From: Oopsacas minuta
Lineage: Eukaryota > Animalia > Porifera
Length of the DNA: 64,000 nucleotides
Direction of reading: 5' to 3'
NCBI GenBank assembly: GCA_024704765.1
Contig: JAKMXF010000044.1
Location: 744,001 to 808,000, forward strand
Part shown: positions 1 to 10,915 of the stretch, piece by piece
Numbering within the stretch: the stretch's first letter is position 1
How the letters are laid out: each line of letters begins with the position of its first letter
The notes under the pieces: generated by a model
Seen by the model: the letters and a program-made list of their open reading frames with translations, nothing else
What the model was told of the DNA's origin: nothing
The model's database searches: none
Program-made: the position numbers and the translations under genes

Positions 1-43
1 TTGGACCACCTAGGGTTCATGAACCCCAGGTTACGAACCGCTG
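1..43. mobile_element. Right end of a hAT-type MITE (truncated by window edge)
   Basis: Ends ...ccccaggttacgaaccgctg, resembling the right end (...cccaggttgagaaccaccg) of the complete MITE at 19548-19625; the left end is outside the window. Confidence 0.4.
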
Positions 44-254
44 CAGTAGAACCTCGTTAGTACACCAAGGATCGTTTATTTGTACCTCTCATCCACGTAT
101 TATCCAAAGTGTATCCAATGTAAGTTATGAACTAAGTGTGAATCTGTATGATAAATTTAGAAAACAGTACTCACTAATAGGATTAAGCATTATCCATGTG
201 CTTTCTAATGAGGTTCTACAATACTATAAGTACTCAGTGCTGCTACTATCTAAC

Positions 255-785
255 CTGTTCACTAGTAAGTTGCTCTGGTGTAATATCCTGACTAGCATCT
301 TTAACAGCTGTATCAACATCCTGACTTACTACAGACTCAACTTGATGGAGAGTAGAGCTAGCTATAGATTCTAACTTTTGGTTGAATTCTTTCAATGAAT
401 TATCCTTCAAATGAGTGTATTTCTGCACCAGTTTAGATTTCAGATCCTCTGCAATAGGAAATGCTCTATTTACGATCTTATTGCCTTCAGCACGTGATTT
501 GCTGTCTAAAGTTTTGTAAGCAGGATGTGTAGGTAGTTTTTCTACAAATATTGTTACCAATTTATTGAGAAGCACATAAGCTTGTTCATGCTTTCCATCA
601 TTCAAATAGTAGCGACTAGTCTTCTCCATTTGATTCATAGCTCGTATGTAACGAGCAGGAGATAAGTTGTTGTCTACTTCTACGTTACCTCCACTCTTGC
701 TCAGTTCACGGACATGTGCAGACGGATCAAACTCAGACCAGGCCTTGTAACCTGACTCAGCAAATTCGGCACTCATAGGATTCAT
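255..785 (-). CDS. STAMBP: STAM-binding protein/AMSH deubiquitinase, first coding exon (N-terminal MIT-like domain); gene continues off the window
   Basis: DPSAHVRELSKSGGNVEV...RYIR...EQAYVLLNKLVTIFVEKLPTHPAY matches the AMSH N-terminus; GT donor after CAG at 255; JAMM domain not in window. Confidence 0.8.
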
Positions 786-1664
786 AGCTAATCACATAGA
801 ATGTGAATGAAACAAATATACTGTCAACTTTAAGCTTACTCAAGTGTAATAGTTTGCGACTATAATTATTAAGAATGCATATGTTGTTATGGAAAAGATG
901 AATGTAAATCTGAGCAACTGTGTTGTGTGTCCAGAATGGAATTTAAAGATAGTATTTGGGCTTACCTATTCACGGAACGGGACACGTTTCACTTGGAGAA
1001 ATTTCAAATTTGTCTTTGTAATCACAGAATATTGTAGGATTTGTCAGCATTTGTTTTTACTCTACAAATTAGTGGTAGTTCTGGAGCTGTTTACTGCTTT
1101 CGGTTGGATAGCTACCTCCCTCTAGCCAAGAAGGAGATCGAGGATTAGAGAGGGGGGGGTTTTATGCGGAATTACTTGAATTTTGCACAAATGGATACAA
1201 ATTTGACATATTGACATGACAGATCAACAACGCGTAATTTTCAAGATTTCTATTAATTAACATAATATTGGATGCATACCCATACACAGAGAGTAATACA
1301 GATAGAGATCGAGGTTCTTGGTAGCAAGCTACCAATCCCCTTCCGATCCAGTTAAATTATCATAGACCTATATCAGTAATGTATGTCACGGTATTAGTTG
1401 GTATAAGCATAGCCTATAAGGAAATATTATCAATTTCTACACTCCTAGATATTTTTGGTAGCAAAACATACACCTAAGGCGGGTCCTCCCTCCTAAATAA
1501 TTTAATGGTGATGCATAACAAAAAATTCCCTAATTGTTCCCTTTTCTAGGTCCACCTCTTTCTGCGAATAGTAAAGTAAATAGAAGGAAGATTCGTGAAT
1601 TACAATTTATCGCATATATTTAAAATAGGTGGTTTACTAGATAGTACGTAGATGTATACAGTGA

Positions 1665-2294
1665 TCAGTATGGTTGATGCAGAAACACGTCAAATTGTCG
1701 TCTAGACGGGAAGTGTCCTTTCATATCAACAGAAAATAGAGTCCAAAAATCTGTTATCTTTATAGGGAGGTAAGGTTTATTCGCAGGAAAATGCTGCAGA
1801 GCAAGCTGTGATTTCACACAATTGATGGGACGTTTGATCTCCCTAACATTTCCCAGAAAATTTCTAGTCACTATTCGCACAATAGAGTCATTCTCCAATA
1901 GAGAGAGACGCTGTATCTGTCGTGTAGCATAAAGTAGAGCTAGATCGAAGACTATTAATCCAATGGACAGTGATAATATAGAAAGAAATATTCTTAGTTT
2001 AAGAGCAGCTTTAGGAGGCTCGTCCTCTACAGGTCCTGGTTTAGGACGTACAAACCGCAGACCGATTATAGCCCTCCTCCCCTTTTTAAGATCCTTCATA
2101 ATTATATAAGATAAATAGCTCCAGAATACAAGTTGTGACAAACTAGCTAGCATTATTAATCTAGCAGGAAAGCGACTAGTCGTTTGATATAGTAGTCGCT
2201 CTGTCGTGCTATACAAGGATTTCTGTGTTTTGAGTCCATATAGAGGTTTTGAGAGAATGTTTGTATGTTTTATAAGCTTAGAGAATAAATGCAT
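1665..2294 (-). CDS. TMEM223: Transmembrane protein 223-like (mitochondrial), single exon; start revised to ATG at 2294
   Basis: LLYQ...SQLVFW, two TM segments and C-terminal DMKGHFPSRRQFD resemble TMEM223; basic presequence-like MHLFSKLIKH start. Confidence 0.65.
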   Translation of the reverse strand: MHLFSKLIKHTNILSKPLYGLKTQKSLYSTTERLLYQTTSRFPARLIMLASLSQLVFWSYLSYIIMKDLKKGRRAIIGLRFVRPKPGPVEDEPPKAALKLRIFLSILSLSIGLIVFDLALLYATRQIQRLSLLENDSIVRIVTRNFLGNVREIKRPINCVKSQLALQHFPANKPYLPIKITDFWTLFSVDMKGHFPSRRQFDVFLHQPY

Positions 2295-3743
2295 TCTAAG
2301 GACATATGCAAGTAAATAACCTACTAATAATGAATTGCAAGAAGGCAAACTTATCATTGTTACAAATAGATGCAAATTACCAACAATGACAATTATATTG
2401 TTGGTAGTTTGCAGAAATAATAATATATATATTATTATCAAGCATCAACATATGTTGCTGAATTACCAACAAACCTTGTGTGAGATGAGAGACAATCGAA
2501 CAATGATTAGAAGATAGCTGGACATAGGCCATGAAAATTATGAACTAAAAGGGACTTGGGAAACGCTGGAACACTAGGAGCTTAGCGCTAGTCTATGAAC
2601 AAATAAATGTTGGTAATTTGCAGACATTAAGTTATGCAATTACCAACACTTGAATTTCTATTGTTGGTGATTTGATAAGACTTGTTGGGATTCTGACAGC
2701 ATGAGTTGGAAATTAGACAAAACAAGCTTGCTTGTTGGTAATTTGTAGCATTCCCATATAGACCCCTAGATATTTAATATGCCATGATAGATGCTTTTAA
2801 TATTTGAAAATTATCCAGCTGTGCGCTCCACCTCCCCCACTCCAAACTTATAAGAGCGAGTTCTATCTCCGTCCATCGAACAATTGATCGAAACCTAATC
2901 GGTACCAAATCTTTTGTATATTAGAACTGATCTGCCTGGCCTGACTATTCGAGGCTTTCAGATCTCCGAATATTGGGCAACGTATAAATGACAGATAACG
3001 ACGCTAGTACCAAAGTGTCCGTTGTTCAAGTTCAGAGGTTCTACTGTATGTCGATTGGGAATGCGAACGTGCGCGTTTTAAAATGACAGGCAGAGCAAAG
3101 ATCAAGCTGATAAATTAATGATTCAATGAGATATTTAATGGAATATTTCTATTCAATTGCAAGACTTTAATGCGTTTACTTGATGATGTATATGGAAGTA
3201 GCACATTTCAAATGTATTTCCCTGTCATGCGCTCTTACTAGAAACCAAATCCAGATTATACAAATTTAATGCCAGAAAATTACATAAAAATGTTTAATAT
3301 TTCAATGTGTTGTTAACAAACACCGAATATGGATCCTACCACGCTGTAGCAGGCGCAACACATCGTGAATTATCCAGCAAGCGAAACATGACAATTACTT
3401 TGTTAGTTTTGATCCTTGTTAACACGTAATACAATTTGAAAGAGAAATTAATGTTTGGTCAGGTGGGTAAAGAATTACACTACTAAAATATGTATATAGA
3501 TTGAATGACACTACCAATGCGGATGCGTGTATAACCTAGAATGCTTAGATGTTATAGCATTTGTGATGTAGATTATAAACGAATAATTATCCAGTTAATC
3601 GTCTTCGTTACAACTCGGTTAATTTCAGGATTCGCTGAATATATTCACTAAGTAAGCTCAGAATAATAACAAAAAAATTAACAGATAAGATATACGGATA
3701 AACAAAGTATAATTCAGTGTCTCATATCAATAGAACATTGCAT

Positions 3744-3926
3744 CTACAGAATGGTGCAACTCCTCTGAGACTTAAATGGGTTCTGGCCGTTTGTAACACC
3801 ATCTCGTAAAGGATCAGACTCTGAACTCGTGTATCGGATGATATCATTAACGGAATCTGAAACTTTAGATCTGTCTCTAGTCAGCTCTTTCCTATATTGT
3901 TCTATCTCACCCTGGGCACGGTCCAT
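3744..3926 (-). CDS. Heterotrimeric G-protein gamma subunit (60 aa)
   Basis: GGL-domain pattern (KELxRxRxKVS...DPL...NPF) and CaaX CTIL. Confidence 0.9.
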   Translation of the reverse strand: MDRAQGEIEQYRKELTRDRSKVSDSVNDIIRYTSSESDPLRDGVTNGQNPFKSQRSCTIL

Positions 3927-5016
3927 GCTAAATGCTTTGTTGTAATAGCTAAGTTAAATATAATTAGATAAGAAATTGACTATATTTAGAATTGTATAAC
4001 TGTAATACACTAAATATAAATGTCTGAGAATTAGTAATAAATAGTTGATATGAAATTGGATATAATTTGTACCTACACTTATAATTAGAAGACTAATCAA
4101 CTAATGGCTGTGTAGATGAATAATTATGCCAGTGGAATTGTATGAATGCATTGACAAATAAATAGAATGTTCAGGTATTTATTACGATGAGTTAACAAAA
4201 TGGACGCTCGCAAATTTTGATTTTATGTAAATTCTATTTTAAAATTTAAGATAATTTATCTTTCATTTCTGAGTTGTTAAACTTTTCAAAATCAAAAGCG
4301 TATATTTTTCCATTTTTCGGACGAAAGCGTAAGATTCGAATGGTTAGCGCTATATTATGACCGATAAGTGTGAGAAACCCTATTTTTGTATGACCTCACC
4401 AGCATACATTAGTAATGCCTTAAAAGTAATATCTTAAATCGATAAACTGATCTTAAAGTTTTTCTGCATTTTGCAAATCTTTAAACCCTAATAATTTGAT
4501 TTAAGTGTGAGAAATGGATTCTTGAATTGACTGATGACTCAAAAGCGTAGAATTAATGCTTAGTACATAATAGTTACTTAGCTATCCTGATATAGAAACT
4601 ATGCCGGGGAGAACACACAATATCTCCCCTACAATTTGCAGTAAGATCATGATTAGCATTAGATTGTTCACTTATGTAATCAGGAAAAATCCTCTCTCAA
4701 CGATCTCCACCTAAAATGCAAGTTTAATGATTGTATCTTCCAGACCAGTACCAGAGCAGATTATTACTGTAATAATATAATATGCTAGTTAATTAAATTA
4801 CATAATTACATGGATTCGTAGAATATAAGTTCGATCCATTCTAAGTACATACTAGCCATCTCGTATTTCAATTCAGTTAGACTATAGGCTCCTTTAAAAC
4901 AATACACTACTATACCATTTGATAATCTGAATAAGAAGAGTATTTATTGCTGAATAAGTTGAATTCAAATCATTTCGTCAAATTTCATCACCAAAATCAT
5001 ATATCATTAATTAGCA

Positions 5017-5202
5017 ATGGATCGAGTACAAGAGGAGATCGAACAGTACAAGAAGGAGTTAGCGCGAGAGAGGGCCAAGGTATCAGATTCCGCGCACGAA
5101 ATCATTCAATACACCACCAGAGAGGCTGATCCTCTGAGGGACGGAGTTACCAATGCAGACAACCCATTCAAAAAAAGTACAGGGTGTTGTTCAATATTAT
5201 AA
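5017..5202 (+). CDS. Heterotrimeric G-protein gamma subunit paralog (61 aa)
   Basis: GGL pattern, DPL...NPF, CaaX CSIL; about two-thirds identical to the 3744-3926 protein by manual alignment. Confidence 0.9.
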   Translation: MDRVQEEIEQYKKELARERAKVSDSAHEIIQYTTREADPLRDGVTNADNPFKKSTGCCSIL

Positions 5203-5657
5203 TAATAATAAGAAATACAGTCTTAGTATTTGCTTTTGTAAATTTATTCTGTTTTAGATGAAAGCGCTAGAAGTGTTGTGGTTTCAAGTGTTAATAATTA
5301 ATAAATATTTCACATACGTATTTGGTATTTAGATTACATGCACATTGTAAAATATCCTAAAATCTAGCTACTCAATATTATAAATCAAATGGACGTAGTA
5401 TGATTACATCTTATCACCAGTCAGGAGATGACAAACATAGTCGATGGTTTCCCAATTAAAATAACCGAATTAATTTTGTATAATCTTTATGAGGTGGGTA
5501 TGAATCCATTATAAGCAAATATTATGATATTAAGGATTTGAGGTATCAAAAAATATTTCTACTGTCCAAATAATGTGATAACTAATTCGCCTAAAGAGTT
5601 AACGTGATGGATAATGTCCTGTTTCTGAGGCTAACCAGGTTCTCTAGGATACATCTA

Positions 5658-5840
5658 CAGTAGAGTCTCGTTAATGCATACACCAGGGGAGTGTCAAAAT
5701 TCGCGCTCCTAACCTGAGTACTTATTATCCGAAATAATTTACATTGATAAGGGATCGAAGGGGTCTGATAAAGTGTACAAATTTGTACTCCTTATCCGGA
5801 GTTATGTCTTAACCACGTTCGTATTAACGAGACTCTACTG
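5658..5840. mobile_element. Tc1/mariner-pogo (Tigger-like) MITE
   Basis: TIRs CAGTAGAGTCTCGTTAAT / ATTAACGAGACTCTACTG, flanked by TA on both sides; related copy at 47191-47274. Confidence 0.85.
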
Positions 5841-6630
5841 TATTTGTTCAAAAACTTTACATGGCGATGACGAGTCCACAAATATCGCACAGTACAACCT
5901 CGATAATCTGAACATGTTGGAACCAGTCATCCTATCGAGGGATGTTAGGATAATATTCAAACTACGTAGATTTTTGGGTTTCCAGTTTTCAATATACTTC
6001 TGAATGATAATTTGTTACGATTGGACGCATGTGTGTTTCAAAAGGATATTAGTAAAGCGTTCATAATAGGTATTGAGCGCTGCATATCAATCACTAAGTC
6101 TATTCTCTACGATTAACGTAACTAGATAAGCACTACGGGTTATTTAATTACTGAAATTGGAAATACTGATTGGAGGTATTCAGATTTAGTATTACATTAT
6201 CAACGGTGTAGGCGTAGCGCCAGGACTTTGGACAGTGGGCAGTTACTCTTTAGGGTCGTATATTAGAATGACCCCAGGTTTCTTAACATTTTACTTTCCT
6301 TTTAAACAGTCTTATATGACCCTTAGAGGGCAGCTAAAGTATGAACTTACTTAGCGAATTTATTCACTCGAGAATGACTGTAAATACTCCCCCACTTATA
6401 GGGGGCAATCGGCCTCCTGTCACCTCCTGGTACCCCACAAGCAAGGTGGTACTTCACAAAATGGGTTGAGATCTACTGCTAAAGGTATACTCTATAACAT
6501 TTGATTACACTATCGCATCTAATCAATTCCAAATTCAAATCATTAGCTAGTTAGATTGTAGTACATCAGAGACAGCAGTACTACCAACTTATACAAAATT
6601 TCAAATTCATATCAATAAAATTCTACACAA

Positions 6631-9600
6631 TTATATCTTGAGTCCATCTTTCATAAAAGCTATAAGCGAGGTATTCATCTGGAGCCTTGATGGAAAACTC
6701 CTGACGCCGTGTCTCTCAACAGGGAATATATTCAATTGATAAGGAGCACCTGCCTTAACTATAGAAGCAATTAGTTTCTCTACATGAGTAAAATGTACAT
6801 TTTCGTCCATCTGTCCGTGTAGGAAGAATAGCCTCCCAGACTCTTGAGGCAGTCCCGACACGTAATACTCACAACATCCTTTCTCGTACCCTTCTGGGTT
6901 AGAAAATGGTGTTCCCATAAATTTTTCAGTGTAAGCACTTTCATAAATGTTCCAGTCTTGTACTGTTCCTCCACACACAGCAATACGGAATATGTCAGGT
7001 CTCTGTGCGAGACATAGGAAGGACAAATAGCCACCATACGACCAGCCGTGAATAGATATCTTACTCATGTCAATGTTCTTAGCAGTTCTATCAATGTACT
7101 CAATGGCTTCCACTTGATCAGAAACTTCGATCTAGGATTATGGTAAGTAAATTGATAATCAATTCAGAATACAGTATATGTATCCAGTTAGAGTAACGAC
7201 CATATTCCATTTGGTAATAGATTTTACCAAAAAGTATTCTGTAATTCTATCGAGAATCTAAACAATATTACGAAATAATTCCTAATTCCTTACCTGTCCT
7301 AGTTTGTGCTGAATCTCTCCTTCAAACTTAAGCCCTCTGTCAGCACTACCTGTATTGTCTGTGATTAGAACTGAGAATCCCTGATCTCCGTAGATTTGAG
7401 TTCTCAACAAACCAGCGCAGAACTTGTTGGTTACGAGGCGGAACATGGGGCCCCCGTAAACATACACCAGTAGAGGGTATCTACACAATTTGATGAGTCA
7501 TGAGTGTAAAATATAAATTCTATTAAAGTAGATAGGCTCGCTTTTGTATTTTATATTTTAATTAGGGGACTGTATTAGGGATGATCAATGCCATCCTCTT
7601 GTACCAAATAATCAGTTAGTTAGAAACTTGATTAAACTCCCAAATACTACGCTAAATACCATGATGTTATCCAGGTATATAAGGCGCAATAATCCTGTTC
7701 AACCGGATAATATTTGGCGAATAGTTGATATTTCTGTAAGGCTGCTATTTAAGAATACTGATATTCGGTTCGTGTGGCTTCAACCTTGATTGCAGATAAA
7801 ACATGTATAGGATTCTAGGCGTACGAAAATGATATCATAATGCAAAAGGTATAAGTATGGTTTTTAGGCGTATGGCCCCGAGAAGCTGGCTGAAATTAAC
7901 GAGTAACATCTAGGGCTAAATGGACTTGGTTCGTAATAACTTATCTTGTCGGGATTCATAACGACTAGGGCTGACTCTAGGGATAGCCCAGAATATTTAC
8001 CTGATGTAGAGGCTATGCTATAAGTTCTAATAACACAATGGTTGTTGATTGATTTGAAAAATTTATCATTGTATCAATGGTACAGCCAGTGTACCCAAAC
8101 TGAGGGGATATAGTTTGGCAGCTATTGGTAGTATGAAATTAGTAATAATTGCTCACTTTTTATCAGGTTCTGAATTTCTGGGTACTGAGTGCATACAGTA
8201 GATATCTACTCCCTTAGAGTTCTTAAACGTGTGAATCTGAGGGATAGAGAATGTAGGAGGGTAAGGAGCAGATTTGTGAAGGATTTTAAGAGTAACTAAT
8301 TCAACTTCAGAGACAGTTGGAGAAGAATTTATTCTACACAATTTGATTTCTGGACAGGTTGATAAGTTGGAACTAGTTAGTACTGCAAACCTACAAATAT
8401 TGTATAAGAATAATTATTAATTAATAATAAAATCACATAATTCGTATTCTTAAACAAAGTGTTATAATAAATTGGACCCTCATTAATTAATATAAATGTG
8501 GATTGAAAATTTCAGTAACAAATCAATGCTGTAATTAAAATGAATATCACTCAGATAAGAAATACAAGGAGGGTATGGAATACATATTTTAAACAGTCTA
8601 ATGTAGTAAATACAGCACTAGCTCACCTGCAGCTAGAGTCCATAGCATCACACTCCGTGAAATAGCCTGACTCAGATAGAACTTTATGTGTCTGATAACT
8701 TCCGTAGGAAGATACATGGAGTTGTTGTTCCAGAGGAGTTACCGAGCAGGCCATATAATAGACAAGTTTATTCTTATGATCTATCCAAAGATTTTCCTTA
8801 TCAACAATCCATTTTCCTTTTGTGAGCTGTGTGACCTGACACATAGATGTCAAATCCTGGAGCATATACACCCCACAGGGAGAGCTCTGCGGCTCTTTAG
8901 GGAGAGTAGATGGAACAGTGACATGGTAAAGATGTTGAAAATAAGTTGCAGAAGAAGCAATAATAAATTCAAAGCAATCTGTTGATGGTAGAATGGAAAA
9001 AAGGTCATTTGAGTTAATCCAGTACTCACTCTTCTCTCGGAACAGAAGCTTTAGGTTAGAATTAGATTCAATAGAAGATGTCTCCCACTCCTCAGCTGTT
9101 CTGAAGGAAGAAAGAGGAATTTCAATCAGCTGTAGTTCATCTTGACTCCGATTTATCACTTGTACCCAGACTGACTCCCCAGTGGGTACCCATCCTGTGC
9201 GTACTAGGTACCCAGGTCCCCCTCCTGGTATCAGCTCCCAGAGAGGGTGGGAGAGTCTCCGTCTCTTCAGAGATATACTCACAGCTCCTCCGGGACTTTC
9301 CTCAGCTAAAGAAAAGTCTGCTACCAGCAAATCACATTTACTGATAGGAGCACCAGGGATTGGATACCTAAGAATAATTGAGAATAGAATTAATATAAAT
9401 ATGAAGCTCAGCTTTACTAGAGCACAGTTTTCGCCCATATTATATTAGTCGTAAGTATAATGCAATATATAATATGAGGGTATGTGTATTTTGTTTTTTG
9501 TTATCTTGTTGATAGGAATTTTATTCGATTAATTGATTATGCCTCCTGATTGTGGTTATGCGTACATGTGTTTTCTGGCTATTTGCTGTGGACCTGAGCT

Positions 9601-10757
9601 CTTATATCGCATTTAGTCGTAGTTGACCATTGCGTTTATTGGCGTAGTTGTTTACATCATTGTATATTAACAAGCTGACGCCCCCCCTCCCTTCACCTTT
9701 TCGACTGTAGATTACCCCAATTTGAATAACATAACTTGATTCATGAAATTATCTGTAATTTCATTATACATACCACTAATATGGGCGAAACTGTGCCTAG
9801 TAAAGCTGAGTTCTCTCTCTATATATATTTTTCTCTTGAAAATATACTCAAACATGGCTAAATTTGATATAATTTATTGATTATAATCTCACCGTTGCTG
9901 TTCAACTGAGCAGTTGATTGGGTTATAGAGAGGTTTTATATTGACTTCATGATCATCAATAACTTCATATAGAAGTGAATAGCTCTGTGGTTCTTTTGTT
10001 GTCAGGGCAGCTGGTCTCCACCAGAACCCCTCGTACCTATCCATGTCCTCTTGCACCAGGAAGGATGCCATACCAGCTGACACCCCAGCAGCCACTTCAT
10101 CTGGTGGAATACTACTCACTTTAAACTCTTGATTGGTAGATAAGTGGAATAAATGTAAATTACTATCACGGACGAATGCAATTAATCGAGGACAGCTCGG
10201 ACATAATTTCGCATTAACAGCATGAGTGAGTGAGAGTTCATTTGTAGAGAGAGAGGTTCCTGAGATGGATGGAGTTCCTATAATAAGGTTACTGCCTGCT
10301 GTCATCAGGAAGATATCATGCTCTATCTCAAAGCTATCTATACCACTAGGCTTAGGGGATATTCTCTTTCTCTCGAATAATAATTCCTAACAAACAAATT
10401 CAAATATACATAATTAGTATAGTATACATACGAAATATAATGTAAACTGAATATAACCTGTTCAGGAGTAAGGTCCCTGACTACACTAGCAGCACAGCTA
10501 GGATCCAGTATCTGTACAGCTGATACATTATTCATGTCAGTAAAACTCAAATCTAGCTTTAAAATAGATTCAGGAGCACCGAGGGATGGAGATCCGAAGT
10601 AATATAAATTGTTAGCAGAGTCAAATACAAATCCGTTAATAGCAGGAGACACGGGAGCTAGAGCAGCAAATGTTGACATCAGGGTGTGTCGAATTTGTTT
10701 AAAAGGGCTGAACAGAGGATCTGCATCAAGCTCAGAGGATGTGTTGTTATCCGACAT
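6631..10757 (-). CDS. DPP9: Dipeptidyl peptidase 8/9 (S9B). Exons: 10757-10458, 10386-9893, 9367-8627, 8390-8157, 7480-7294, 7131-6631
   Basis: GWSYGG nucleophile, LHGQMDENVHF (Asp), ERHG (His), YVYGGP; ELLFERKR matches the DPP8/9 N-region; all five introns are GT-AG and join in frame; no signal anchor. DPP8 versus DPP9 orthology cannot be resolved. Confidence 0.9.
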
Positions 10758-10915
10758 AAAACTGTTTTAACTGTATTGAAATGTAAATTTTCATTTAAGA
10801 ATAATAACATGCCAAACAGATGGAAGAAAATATTAGGACGAAAATTTGTATTACGCAGCCTCACTTACCAAAAAGCGCGACAATTACTCTTTGGGGACAT
10901 GATAGTAATACATGC

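Noticed and set aside
1665-2441. ORF-track start at 2441 for TMEM223
   Set aside because: The first 49 codons are AT-rich and non-homologous; the ATG at 2294 is more plausible
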